From Klebsormidium nitens (taxonomy: Eukaryota; Plantae; Klebsormidiophyceae): a DNA stretch of 64,000 nt. Shown piece by piece: positions 1-12,200 of this stretch. The translations under genes were made by a program, and so were the position numbers. The notes below the pieces were generated by a model that ran no database searches, had not been told where the DNA came from, and saw only the letters and a list, made by a program, of their open reading frames with translations. The stretch's first letter is position 1; every line of letters begins with the position of its first letter. Where the stretch lies: assembly GCA_000708835.1 (NCBI GenBank), contig DF237113.1, forward strand, positions 62,001 to 126,000, given 5' to 3'.

Positions 1-3000
1 CACGCCGCGCGAAGTCGAGACGTTGAAGGAGCTCCGGGTGTCAAAAGTCGCATGCGGGGTGTGGCACACTGCGGCCGTTGTCGAGCACACGACTGCAGAT
101 GGGCTTTCGTCACTCAACCGGCTATACACGTGGGGGGACGGGGATAAGTGCCGGCTGGGCCATGGGAACAAGGTGAGGGCTGCTTTCAAATCCCCTTGGC
201 CCTGGGATAGATATGATTGCTCTGCTTTGTAACCTGCTTGTCAGCACTGGTGCTCTCAAGTATCAGTACTGAGTAAGGAACAGGTGTGTTTTGATGGAGA
301 GCCAGCACGCTTTCTCGGGCCAGCACAAAGCAGCTTTCAGGTTGCCATACAGTTCCGTGTGTGCTTCTCTCCGCAGCTTTGAGGACTGGGATCGGAACAT
401 TTTCCAAGTTAAAGCGAGAAGTCGTGGTTGAGGGGACCACTAGTTGGCCAATCCTGGTCGAAGCCTTGCGCTTGCTTCTTCTGATACGTCTCGCTTTTGA
501 GGGGACCACTAGTTGGCCAATCCTGGTCGAAGCCTTGCGCTTGCTTCTTCTGATACGTCTCGCTTGCACCCACTGCGTCCTGGCTTTCTAAGAATTGTTG
601 TTGTCACCTGGACCGAAGGAAACGAATAGAAGTCAACACCTACATGGATGTTCAGCATTAAGACACTCGGGGTTGGAAAGGCGGTTCGGGTGGGTTTGAT
701 GCGGAGCGCGTGACGTTTGTGGTTTGGAATCTTACCTAAACCCTACACGAGGTACTTTCTTTAGAGGTAAAACTTCTTTTACGTACTAGAATCTACGGAT
801 ATCACTGATGTTACGAACTTCAATCTACCCTTGCAGGAGACCAAATGGGTCCCCACCGTCGTCGAGGCGCTGCTGGGGGAGTCGGTGGTCCAGGTCGCAT
901 GCGGGCACAGCATGACCGTTGCCCTAACTAGCGCGGGGTCCGTTTTCACGTGCGGCAGCGGGGTGTACGGACAGCTGGGCAACCCGTCCGCGTCCGGAAA
1001 GGTGCCCCAGCTCGTTGAGGGGAAGCTCAAGGTAAGGGGTCGTCCATATAACGAACAGATTCTTATATGGTTTGGAGCATTGCATTGAGGTGAGGGAAGA
1101 AGGCTCAGAGGAACATTTTCTGTCACAATTGGTTTAAGATTTGACAGCTCAGATCGAAGTGGCGGAAGAAAAGGGCAAAATCCTGAGGCGCTTGTTGACA
1201 TTGAAGTGAAGCACGAAGCTGGCTGCAGCGATTCAAAGACATGGTGTGCCATTTTTGATTGTTCACGCCTTCTTAAGCACAAAAAGCAGATGAGTAACGT
1301 TCGCAACTTGGACCAAATAAATTGCTTCGCTCGTCAAAGTGCTCTTTATGAGCATTGAACAGACTCATCAGAAAAGCCCCCTCAAAAGTGACGCTGTCAC
1401 TCACACCACTTACCCATTCTGAGCCAGCTTCTAAGATGCCATGACCCAACGATCGAATCCGATTTTTGCAGGGCCAGTTCGTGGACCAAATTGCCTGCGG
1501 GGCCTTCCACGTTGTCGCGCTAACCAGCACGCAGCACATCTACTCATGGGGAAAGGGCGCGAACGGACGCCTCGGGATGGGTGACACCAAGGATCGGGAG
1601 TTTCCCACACTAGTAGAAGCGCTGAAAGACAAGCAGGTAAGAAGCGTTGCCACTCACGATGCTGCTTCGGTGCGTCGTCTCTGAACTCGATGCAGCGCTT
1701 CATGAGCAACCTGCCGGTTTCAGAAGGCATAGGAAGCCTTGAAGTTAGACGACTAAGCTCGTCAAGTCGCAGATACATAGCAAGAACTTTCTTGGGGAAT
1801 TTTGACAGTGTTGCTTTCAGTATACAATAAGCAGGGTGCTTGAAAAGCGCTGTAGTTTCTCCTGGTTTGGTAGGGCCTGGTAGCAGCATCGTGGTTGATG
1901 CAAGAAATTGGTTCAGTGGATTCTGGAGTTCGGAGAAAATCGTGAGCAGAATCCACACACAAGAGTCCCCTGTCCTCTTTTTGGTGGTCATGCCTTTGTT
2001 CATCCGCCCTAGACCCTCGATCCTTCTGGCATTAACCAGGTCGGCGCCAATACGTGCAGCTCTTTTCACCTTCTTCGTCCCTTGTCTTGACCTTTGCTTG
2101 ATCGTCCCAATTTTCCGACGACAAAACCACCTTGTGTGCACCTCCTCATTCTTTGCCTCCAAGTAACAGGAATTGGAGCAGATAATAATATTGTTTTGCG
2201 GTCTGCGTGATCCCTTCACCAAGTCTACCGACCCCTCCACCCGATTCAACCAACCCCGTTCTTTGAATTAGGTCGTCGCTATTTCCTGCGGGTCGAGCTT
2301 CACCGCCGCCATCTGCACCCACAAGTGGGCCTCGGGCGAGGACCACTCCAAGTGCAACCACTGCAAGAACGCGTTCACACTCACCCGGCGGCGCCACAAC
2401 TGCTACAACTGCGGCCTCGTCTTCTGCCACAGTTGCAGCAGCAAGAAGGCGCTCAAGGCCGCGCTCTCGCCCAACCCGGCCAAGCCGTCGCGGGTCTGCG
2501 ATACGTGCTTCAACAAGCTCTCGAAGGTGGGTTCGGTTCTGTTCTTGATTTGTAGTGCCGTAAATGATTTTACAAGTCAACCCGAGAAGTCTTTGTGCAA
2601 AGGTTTGCGTCAAACCTTTCAAGTGAGGGTTGGGGCTTTTCGGGTCGATTGTAAAGAGATCTACGTCAACCCCGGCAAGCCGTCGCGGGTCTGCGATACG
2701 TGCTTCAACAAGCTGTCCAAGGTGGGCTCCATTTCCTTTATATTTTCTTGGATCGAGTGTAGGGCGTTTCAACACTCCACACGTACTGTGTGTTTTGCAT
2801 GCCTGGCAGCGATTAGAATCTGGCACAGTCGCTGTTGGCGAAAAGGCCTCTCGCCTAATTTGGAGTGATTTCACCAATGGGCTGTGGGTCGACTTAAGAA
2901 CAATTCAATGTTAAGTCGAGATTCAATGTCAAGTCGAGATCTGCGATGCACAATGGGAACGAACTTGCGCTATCGTTGCCTCACAACCGCCGAATCACGC

Positions 3001-6000
3001 TGGGCTTGCCCTTTCTTTCAAAGCGAGATTGTTTCGCATGTCAGAAGCTCATGGCTCTTCTTTCTTCCTACCCAATGCAGGCGGCAGACATTGGGGACTC
3101 GTTCACCCTCCCCGCGTGGAAGATGGGTGTTCCGAAGAACAACGTGCGGTCAGTCGGGAAAGCGCCGGTCGCGCCTCCGAAGCCCGCCCCTGCCAACGAC
3201 CCGTTGCCATATCGGACAAACGTCAGCGGCCCGGGCAGAAAGGTGAGGTGCTCTTTTGGCCTCTCCGAACGAGAGCCCACACGAAACTAGTCTGAGCACC
3301 TTCAGGGACTTGCTTGCTCTCAAAGACGAAAGGGAGTTCTAGGAGAAAAACAGAGCTGATAGATCGAATAAGCTGCGAAACTTGCAACCACTATCTCTCA
3401 AAGTTGCCTATAAGACTTATGCACTTTTAGAAAGGAACTTGAGAGGCAATTCGTGCTTTCTCAGTCCAGGAAAGGCAACATAGATTGGGAGCCGTCGACT
3501 GGACTTTCATGCCATTTCCTTCTCGAGTTGGCTGGGAGGCTTTCAGCAGAGGGTGTTTTAGAATATCCAGCACCAAATCTGCTTTCGTCAAACGTATCTG
3601 CATCTCAGGATTCCTTGTGTCTGAAGTCTTCCCCCATCTCCCTCTTACTCGCAGGAAGGTGCTCGGACCGGTCGCGTCACTCCCTCCCCCTTCCCGAACG
3701 CCTCCGACGGACGCCCCCCCCCTGCCATCGCACAAAACCCTGCCGTTGCCAACCTTCGCGAGCGCCCCCCTGCCTCCCGGACCCCCCCTCGGGGCCAGAG
3801 CCCAACGCGGCGGGGGGCTGCGCCGAACAGCGGGTCGTCTTCGCCGAGGGGGGGCTACGAGGAGCTCAAGAGGATCAACGATTCGCTGCACCAGGAGGTT
3901 GTGAGGTTGAACGCGCAGGTGAGCAGCTGGGATAGCGAGGAAAATGTTTGAGGGTACTTTGTAATCTGTCCGTGGTGGAAGGAGTATTGTGGCGGCGGCG
4001 CCAGACAAAATTTCATCGTGTCAGCTCAGAATCATGACATGACGCGAAGAGTTCATTCTTGCAGCTGAACAGCTTGTCTTCTTTCCTCTGGACGTGGGGG
4101 ATGTCTTATCTTCGGTCGTCAAAAACCTCGCTGCCACTTAGCAATGCAGCAACGATTGCTAAGTGTCAAGTCTCTGTTATTGATCCTCTCGAAGGTCTTT
4201 CAGACGTTGACTCTTGCTCTTTAAGGTTTGCTTCGTTCAGCTCCTTCACCTGCTGCGCAAGTCTTCTAGCAACTTTCATTTGCAATCCCTCCGGAATTGG
4301 ACAGTCAATTGCAGCTTAGACCCAGCTCGTCTTCTGGCATGAGGTTTTTGGACTATTCCCACAGACACAGCGCCATTTATACGCTAGCATGTAGTAGGAG
4401 GAACTAAAATTCGTTTCAATCTAAGGAACGCGGAGTTCCAAACCTCTTGAGGTCTGTAACCGGCCCTACCCATTTAAACGCAGGTGAAGAAAATGGCGGT
4501 TTGGGGCGAGGAACAGAGGAGGGTAGCCGGTGCGGGCGGGCGACTGAGAAGACGGTCGTCTACAAAATTGCAAACATCAAAAGCTAACCCCACCAACTTT
4601 TCCATGTGCAGGTGGAGAAGCTGGCGATTCGATGCGAGGAACTAGAGGAGGGGAGCCGGTCGTGCGGGCGGACGCTGAAAAGACGCTTTGCCTACAAACC
4701 CGCAAATCGCAACATTCCTACCCCCACCAACTTTTCTATGCGCAGGTGGAGAAGCTGGCGGTGCGGTGGGAGGAACTAGAGGAGGAGAGGCGGTTCCTGC
4801 GGACGGACGCTGAGAAGACAATTCATCTACAAAAGCGCAATTATCAAAAGTCCTAACCCACCAACTTTTCTATGTGCAGGTGGAGAAGCTGGCGGTGCGG
4901 TGCGAGGAACTAGAGGAGGAGAGCCGGTTCGTGCGGGCGGACGCTGAGAAAAAGGTCGCGCAAGCAAATGCAGCCGCCCATGAGGAGGCAAACAAGGGGC
5001 GCGCCTCGGAGGAGGTCATCCGCTCGCTGCTCGCCCAGGTACGGCTGTTGTCATTTCGCATTATCACAGGGTTTGTGATCCGTCAGGAAAGGTTACTGCT
5101 CGACTCGTGAGGCTTTTTGGGTACCTGCCCTGTAGCGACTAGGGTTTCTCAAAGGCTCCTAGAAAGCGTGCCTCGGAAGAGGTCTCCGCTTGCTGCTGCT
5201 CAACGCTCATTGTGCCGTTGTTATGTGCAGGGTTATGTGGCTGATTAGTAAGCATTGTTGCCTGCTTAGGGAGGTCTGGTAGTTTCGTAAGAAGAAGGAT
5301 GTTTCTTGCAGAAGCAGCCCAAGTTTGGTTACTTCGTACTTCTTCCACTCTTCAGGTGACAATCTTCTGAAGAAAGCGTTTCCCGAAACAACACTGATAG
5401 ATCAACCACCGCAAATTTCGTTCTTATCCAGATCCAAGAGATGGCGGAGCGCTTTGTGACATGACATTCTTTGAAGAAAGCTGTGACAACGTTCCTAGGA
5501 CACCTCTGACCAAACATTTTCCAACCCCTCCATCCCAGACAACGTGGATTGGTTCTGAAGCGACAATCTCTGCAGAGAGCTTCAAAAACGTTTACAGATA
5601 CGTTCATAGACACGGTATTAAAGCTCTCTTGTTAATTTTGAGACAACAACTAGATTTCCTCTCCCTCTAGATCCAAGACATGGCGGAACGGCTCCCGGAG
5701 GACTCGTACCGGTACGGCCGCATCGGCGCAGTGCCCATCAAAGCGAACGAGACGTCTCCTGTCACACGGAGTCCGGAAGGGTCGATATGCGACGACGCGC
5801 CGCCACCTGTTTCAGCGGACCCCCGGTTACGAGCCTTCAGCCTGAGCCCTGCAACTGGGTTGGCGAATCGACCAATGGAGGTAAGTGAACCCATATCGAG
5901 GCGGTAACTCTTTCAGCTTCTGTTGCTACCTTTTGCGGATTTGAGTATGGGGCTGAAGGTTTGCGAATCGTGCTCTAGCCTTGGCCCTGCGACCTTTGTG

Positions 6001-7702
6001 ACGGAGACACAAGAAGCGAATTCTGCACGAATGGTGCTCTGTTCAGTCATGAGGTTTGTCAGCTTGTGTGTCTTTGGTCCAAACATGCACCCAGGAAATA
6101 TTTTCGATGTGTCGCCCGAAATTGCTCTGCGATTCACGCTGAAAAAGCACACAAGAACGAGTAGTCAAAGGCCATCGTTCGCTCTGTTGGGGGTTGCCTG
6201 TCGAGGAGCAGGTTTGCAGTACTTGCGATTGCTGTTTGGAGGAAAGCACAGAAGCACTGCGAGCTTTTGGTGTCGCTTCCTTACTTGGTGCGGATACTCC
6301 CCAAGACAAGCGTTAGCCAAATGCATTGGATAATGACAAGGAAGTCGCCGCAGGCGATGAAAAAGCAGTGATCTATGGGGGCCCACGTTCGCATGACTTG
6401 AGCGGTTGCAAGCTGATTACGTATTAAAAGGGAACTCCGAGTGGCGGCTGATACGCAAAAGCCTCAACCCGAGTCCTGACTCCAACCGCATGCTTTCGCG
6501 CAGTTGTCTGCCTTTGAGGGGCCAATTATAGGTGTTAATCAGCTGGAGACACTGTGTTCGTCGAAACAGTCGTTCCTTCCACAAGCTCCGTTCGGTATCG
6601 ATCGACGAAAGTAAACGCAGGTACGGTATGGAAAAGCCTCAACCCGAGTCCTGACTGGAACCGCACGCTTTCGCGCAGTTGTCTGTCTTCCAGTCGGCGA
6701 AGTGGGACGTCGAAACCAGCCCCCGGGGCTCTCCTCTCAACCTCAGCATGACGAGCTCCCAGGGGGGCGGCCAAAGCATCGAAACCGATTCCCTCAACGA
6801 GAAGAGCACGGTTGTTTCTACGGAGGGGGCCTTCGCAACAGTGACGGAAAAACCCCCCAGGCCGGGACGGTCCAAATTCAGCGCGAGCTCAGAGTCGAGA
6901 GACGGGGAGCGAGTCGAGCAGGTGTCGCAAGGGGTGTATTTGACGCTCCGGACAAACTCGCAGGGAGAGATGGAGCTGAAACGAGTGCGCTTCAGGTGAG
7001 CAGATCGACTGTTCAAGATTCGTCGAAAGTTGGGGGAAGTTCTGGAACCCATCTTTGGGGACCCCCAGGCCGTTTGCGCGCAGTGATTGTGTCCAGTGAA
7101 AGCTGACAAATTTCTGGCTGGTCAGAAGCCGCCCTAGAATTGATAAAGCTCATCTCACATGTCTTGCTGACCAGCGTCTTTGGTGGCCTGATTGAGGATT
7201 CCGCTGCAGCGTTCCTGCTGAGGGTTCCGCTGAAGGACCGGCTGAGGGTTTTGGCTGGAAAGCTTGTAACGCAAACTTTTAAGCAGTGGAGTATGCAGCG
7301 AGTTTCACTCTGGGGAGTCAAAAGTGGCCTGACAGAACGGACATCTGATCTTACTATTCGAGAATTTACACAAACCTCGAGAAATGGAGGGAATAAGGCA
7401 TGACATGAATCCCACATGATGGGTACAGGCCTCGATCCATCCTCGAAAATCGCAGCCGGTCAACAAAGCCGAGCGGTTAAAGAGTTTTCTCGTGGCGTTT
7501 TGTGGTGTTTTGAAGCCGAGCTTGCGCGCTTCGCCCGTCTAGAGGCGCGTCAACGGTAAAGGGACATATTGCCCTTACCTTTTTTGACTCAATTCTGTCT
7601 TGTATGTGCAGCCGGAAGTTGTTCAGCGAGTCGGAGGCTGAGCGATGGTGGGCCGAGAATCGGGCGCGAGTGTTAGGCAACTTTGGAATCCACGTCACTT
7701 GA
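1..7702 (+). CDS. RLD: RCC1-repeat / FYVE / coiled-coil / BRX-domain protein (RLD/PRAF family), 5'-truncated by the window edge
   Basis: GT-AG exons in consistent phase: <1-172, 837-1031, 1472-1636, 2272-2526, 3081-3242, 3655-3918, 4880-5038, 5671-5880, 6694-6995, 7612-7702 (TGA). RCC1 repeats (VACGxxHT...[13 protein letters not shown]; [12 protein letters not shown]...[12 protein letters not shown]), FYVE ([14 protein letters not shown]...[17 protein letters not shown]...RVCDTC), coiled coil ([29 protein letters not shown]), BRX ([14 protein letters not shown]...[28 protein letters not shown]). Confidence 0.92.
428..565. repeat. Perfect 69-bp tandem duplication (2 copies) in RLD intron
   Basis: ttgaggggaccactagttggccaatcctggtcgaagccttgcgcttgcttcttctgatacgtctcgctt at 428-496 and again at 497-565. 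Confidence 0.95.
2668..2727 (+). repeat. Intronic copy of the FYVE exon 3' end plus donor site
   Basis: aaccccggcaagccgtcgcgggtctgcgatacgtgcttcaacaagctgtccaag|gtggg nearly matches the real exon end ending at 2526; echo GT at 2722 vs real GT at 2527 (195 bp offset). Confidence 0.92.
4470..4879 (+). repeat. Three decayed tandem copies (~130 bp period) of the acceptor plus head of the RLD coiled-coil exon
   Basis: AG acceptors at 4482-83, 4610-11, 4744-45 and the real one at 4878-79, each followed by gtggagaagctggcg...gaggaactagaggag-like sequence. Confidence 0.93.
6457..6518 (+). repeat. Duplicated intron 3' end (branch/polypyrimidine region) ~175 bp upstream of the real BRX-exon acceptor
   Basis: aaaagcctcaacccgagtcctgact..aaccgca.gctttcgcgcagttgtctg at 6457-6510 and at 6632-6685. 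Confidence 0.9.
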
Positions 7703-9299
7703 GATGCACGCCGCTCGTTGGTGCAATCTTGAGGTGTACTTTGCAAAGCCACATTCAAGGATCGAAAGTTTTGTCTCTAGCGTGCCAAGAATGTTGTTAC
7801 TCGTTTCGAACATTATACGTTCACAATATACAAAGATAGCAAGTCCCCCTGCAAAAGCCTTTTGCGTAATGGGGCCACTCAATACGAGCCGGAAGATCTA
7901 TTGAAGATATCAGTCTCAGGATGTGTAAGATAGTCAGGCGTAGTATTACATTCGAAGTGCGGACCTGTTTCAAAGAATTGTGACAGCCGTCTCACCAGCC
8001 GCACAAAAAAGTTGCTTCAATCGGCGGTTCATTTGGTGGGGGCAGCAAGATGTGGGGAGAAGCGGTGGGGTCTATCAGCCCACGTTTCAGAATGCATTTT
8101 TGTGATCCTTCATGGTTGCCTAGCTGTGTGTACAGGCTGTGCATGTCACTGTGTGTGAACTCTTGACATTTCCAGCTGTAGGGTCCTATCGATCCGCGGT
8201 ACTGACGTCACTCTGAGGTATCTGAGGTTCCTGAGGTACTCAACCGTCCCTTTCAATATGTTGCGGCGCACTGCGCAGATTATCATATCTAGATGGACAT
8301 GCACATGGTTGAGCGCTTCAGTGACAGTCCGAGTGTCATCTAGGGGACCGATGTTTGTTATACTGCCACGAAGGGGTACACATTGCCATATGTTGTTGCA
8401 CCATGGGTCCGCGGAGCTGGAATGGGTTACAAGTATACGTACTCGCGATCCGTGCCGTGCCAGTGCGTGGTAAACTCTTAAGCACTGCATTTCACGTTCT
8501 CATATGCATAAGAACCGTGCCAATGTGCATGGCACTGACTCATACCGTTGACGTACAATTGTACTGGTACATGTAGAGTTATGTATGTTGCAACTGACAG
8601 TCGATGGCCGCGTCGGATGATGATTGTCCACACGAATTTTTAACGTGATTTTTGAATCCAAGATCATTGTCGTCTTTTAGAAACAAATCAAGGTTTGCGC
8701 ATGAGTACTGAAGGGTGCGATGCAATGTGCGATGCAGATTGCAGATGTAGTAGTCTACCCAACCAGCATATTCACGTTCTAACTTGGTCTGGAATTGACG
8801 ATTTGATGATAATGCACTGACGTTTACTGAGTGCAAGATATGTTGCTGGAGATTGTATCGTACACCCGAAGCGTTTGCAACGCAATGTTCTACCTCACAA
8901 TATGTGTCTCACTACAGATTCAATAACGTTTCTAGGTAGACCTGTACGTGGACTGACCGGTCTGCATTTTCCGTTCTTAAATACAACTTACACTGCCTAG
9001 TAGACCAACCTGGAGTCGACTAATTCACGGTGTGGGTTTGTCAGGGACGACGCATCTTGAGCTTAGCGTTTGACGGTTCCAAGCGCCGAAGTCCCTAACC
9101 ACTCCAACCGTCTTCCTTCTAACAAATTGTCAATTCGCATGCAAGGAAACCTTCGTATACCGGGGTGCGTTCTAGCGTGAACAGACACCCTCCCAGAGCT
9201 CCCTCATTCAGCTTCGCACACGAACGCCTCTCCAGGCGCCACGTGGACCAACGGGACGACCGCCACGTGGGCCCAAACAATCTGCCACGTGGCACCGAT

Positions 9300-12200
9300 C
9301 TAGACCTTCGCGGCGTCTCTCACGGAGCTCTTTCCGTAAATGCCCAAGTCCTTCTCGGCTGCCGCCGCCGCGGCGGCCTTGCTCGGGCCGCGCTCCCCCT
9401 TCGAGTTCTCCGCGAACTTCATCGCTCCGTCGTGAAGACCCTGCTCCCGTTCCCCCTTGGAATACTCGGACGCGTAATATTCCTCCTCCGTAGCGGTCGG
9501 CTTCTTGCTCGCGGGGATGAACATGCCCCCCCATTGCGGGAACCAGAGGGTGAGGAGGAGTGACGACACCGCGACGATCATGATGCCCATGTAGTAGATT
9601 CCGTCCTGCAAAGGAAACGGAGCAACGGAATGAGAAATAGGACGGAGACGCATAGTGAGTACAAGCAGAGCGGGGAACCCTGGCGCCACTAAGAGCCTCA
9701 GAAAGGAACAATGACGGCAGAATGTGACGTCTGGAATGACGCACACAAAGGGCCAACCTCTAATTAGAAGTGCTAAATATACGTTCGCTGCATCCGGGTT
9801 TGGCTTGGAAAAGGAACCAAGTGCGCACACATTACCCCAACATCTGGCTTGCGCTTAATCTGGCGGCACAACTCTAACGGCAGCTCTGTCAGATGTCAAC
9901 GTGAACAAGAGTATCAGCCTACAAAACGATGACAAATGCACAGCCTAGAGCAAAACTTCGCTCGTAGAAGTCCGTGAATATTACCTGTGTGGCGTATGTA
10001 GTCTTTGGTCCGAAGAAGATGGCGGTCGTGACGGCACTTCCGGCGGAACCCCCCGCGCCGACCAGACCAGAAATGACGCCGAGAGACCGGCGGGAAACGA
10101 AAGGCACGACACCGAAAGTGGCACCGCAGGCCGCCTGAATAGAGGACGCGTGCGCGAGTGTCAGAGTTGACTATTGCTCGCCGGAGAAGATGTTTACAAG
10201 AGACTCTTGTACCGATAGTACCGATATTATCATTTTCAATAATAAAGTGCCGTTCAGCAAGGGAGCGAGTATTGGCATGAATTCTTCGAGTATTGGCATG
10301 AATTCTTGATTCCCGAGATCCAAACTACTGAGGAATGTTTGCAACACAGCTCGAGACCCACACCGTAGACCTGTCAAGCTTTGTAGTCTCAATCTCCACT
10401 TCGACTCCTCAGAACTCTTATCCTACACAACAGCCTTGTAGTCAAGAGTTGCACAACTTCGAAATACACATCTCAAAACTCTATCCTACACTCTACCCTA
10501 CAACAGTCTTGTAGTCAAGAGTTGACGACAACTTCGAAATACATAACTTAAAAACTCTACCCTACAACAGTGTAGTCAAGAGTTGCCGGCAAATTTGACT
10601 CTCAACACATCTCAAATCTCTATTCTACAACAGTCTTGTAGTCAAGACTTGACACAACTTCGAAATACACATCTCGAAACCCTAACCCTGTTGTTGGAAA
10701 CTTCAGACTTGTGGGCTGCTCACCTGGCAGCAGAACGAGAAGAGCAGTAGCAGAATAACGGAGCTCCCGAGGTTCGCCATCTTTCCGAGGATAATGCAGA
10801 AAACACCGCCCAATGTCTGGATCATCCACAAATGCCAGATGCGGCCGCGCATGCCGAAGTGCTTGGCTGCAACGTCGGACAGGATACCCCCGAGCGGGCG
10901 CGAGAAGAAGTTCATGAGCCCAAAGGAAGCGCCGATGGCACCTGCGGGGAGGGTCGGGGGAGGATTAGCGAGGTCAGGGGGAAGGTTCTGCTTAAGCTTA
11001 GGGAGCGGGTTATAGCAAGTACAGAGGGAAGTGGTGGGCGATCGAGAATGTGACATGGGGTGACTGAGGCTACTCAGAGAAAGAGGAGATGAAGAGAGCT
11101 CGATGACCTGGCTACGGGGGCAAGATAATCGAGGTTGAGTGTCAAAGCTGCAGAAGGTGTTTTATCACTGGGGGTGCTTGACACCTTCGATTGACGATAA
11201 GCGGGAACATTGCACGACCTACTGACTGCCCTGATGGCCCTGGGGCGCCAAGGCCCACAATTGACACCAACAAGCATCAGAATCAGGGGACTCAGCAATC
11301 GGCCTACCTGCGGTGTTAAGGTCGACGTGGAAGCGGTCATAGTAGTAGTTTGTGATGACGTTGTCGACGGTCAGCTCGACACCGAAGCAGTACCCGTACG
11401 TAAGGGTCATAACCCAGGTCCGGTAGTTGGTTAGCGCGTAGTAGATCACAACCCAACCCTTGTCCTGCGCCGCTTTGCCCTTGCCCTTAAGTGCGGCGTA
11501 CTGGCCGTCGGGCAGATCCTGCAAAACAGGGTTAAGATGTGGGGTTACTAGGGTCCTTGATCTAACTTCGAAGTTTGCTTCAAGGAACGAGGTTACTAAT
11601 TTTCCAGCAGATGGCTGCGCTTAGGGACGCGGAATTGTAGAGACATTTTTTTTTGCAGTTCAAACAATTTGCCTTTGCGGTTTAATCAAGGCTTTTGATA
11701 AGCCTGCAGACTGGTGGAGGATAGAGGGCTACATTTGTGATGGAGTCAACTTTAGGGTTAAGGTAAACCAAGCAATTAAGCGGCCGCTGATGGACAGAGG
11801 AACTCATGGAGAACTGTCCACTTGCGCAGCAAAAGAAGCAATAGATGGGCTGTTCACTGTTCGTTCCAAACAGTCCAAAGCCCCCAGTTTGCCAAGCAAT
11901 GATGTTGACAGATTCGGAAGAAGGGACAAGTCTCCCATGCTTTTCAACGCATCAGAAGCCAGGCATAGCCTTATCCGTGCAAAGTAGATTTACGTATTAC
12001 TGCGAGCAGAACCGTAGGGTTTTTACCGGTTCAAAAACACTGGGGTATCACAAGCCATTGCTAGAAGAATCTTAAGCTATTGCAAACAGAGTCGTAAGCT
12101 CTTGCGAATGGAATTGCGGGCGATTACGAGCAGCATCATAAGCTATTGTCAACAGAACCATGAGACCCGCGCTCACCTGGGCAAACTGCAGGCACAGGAA

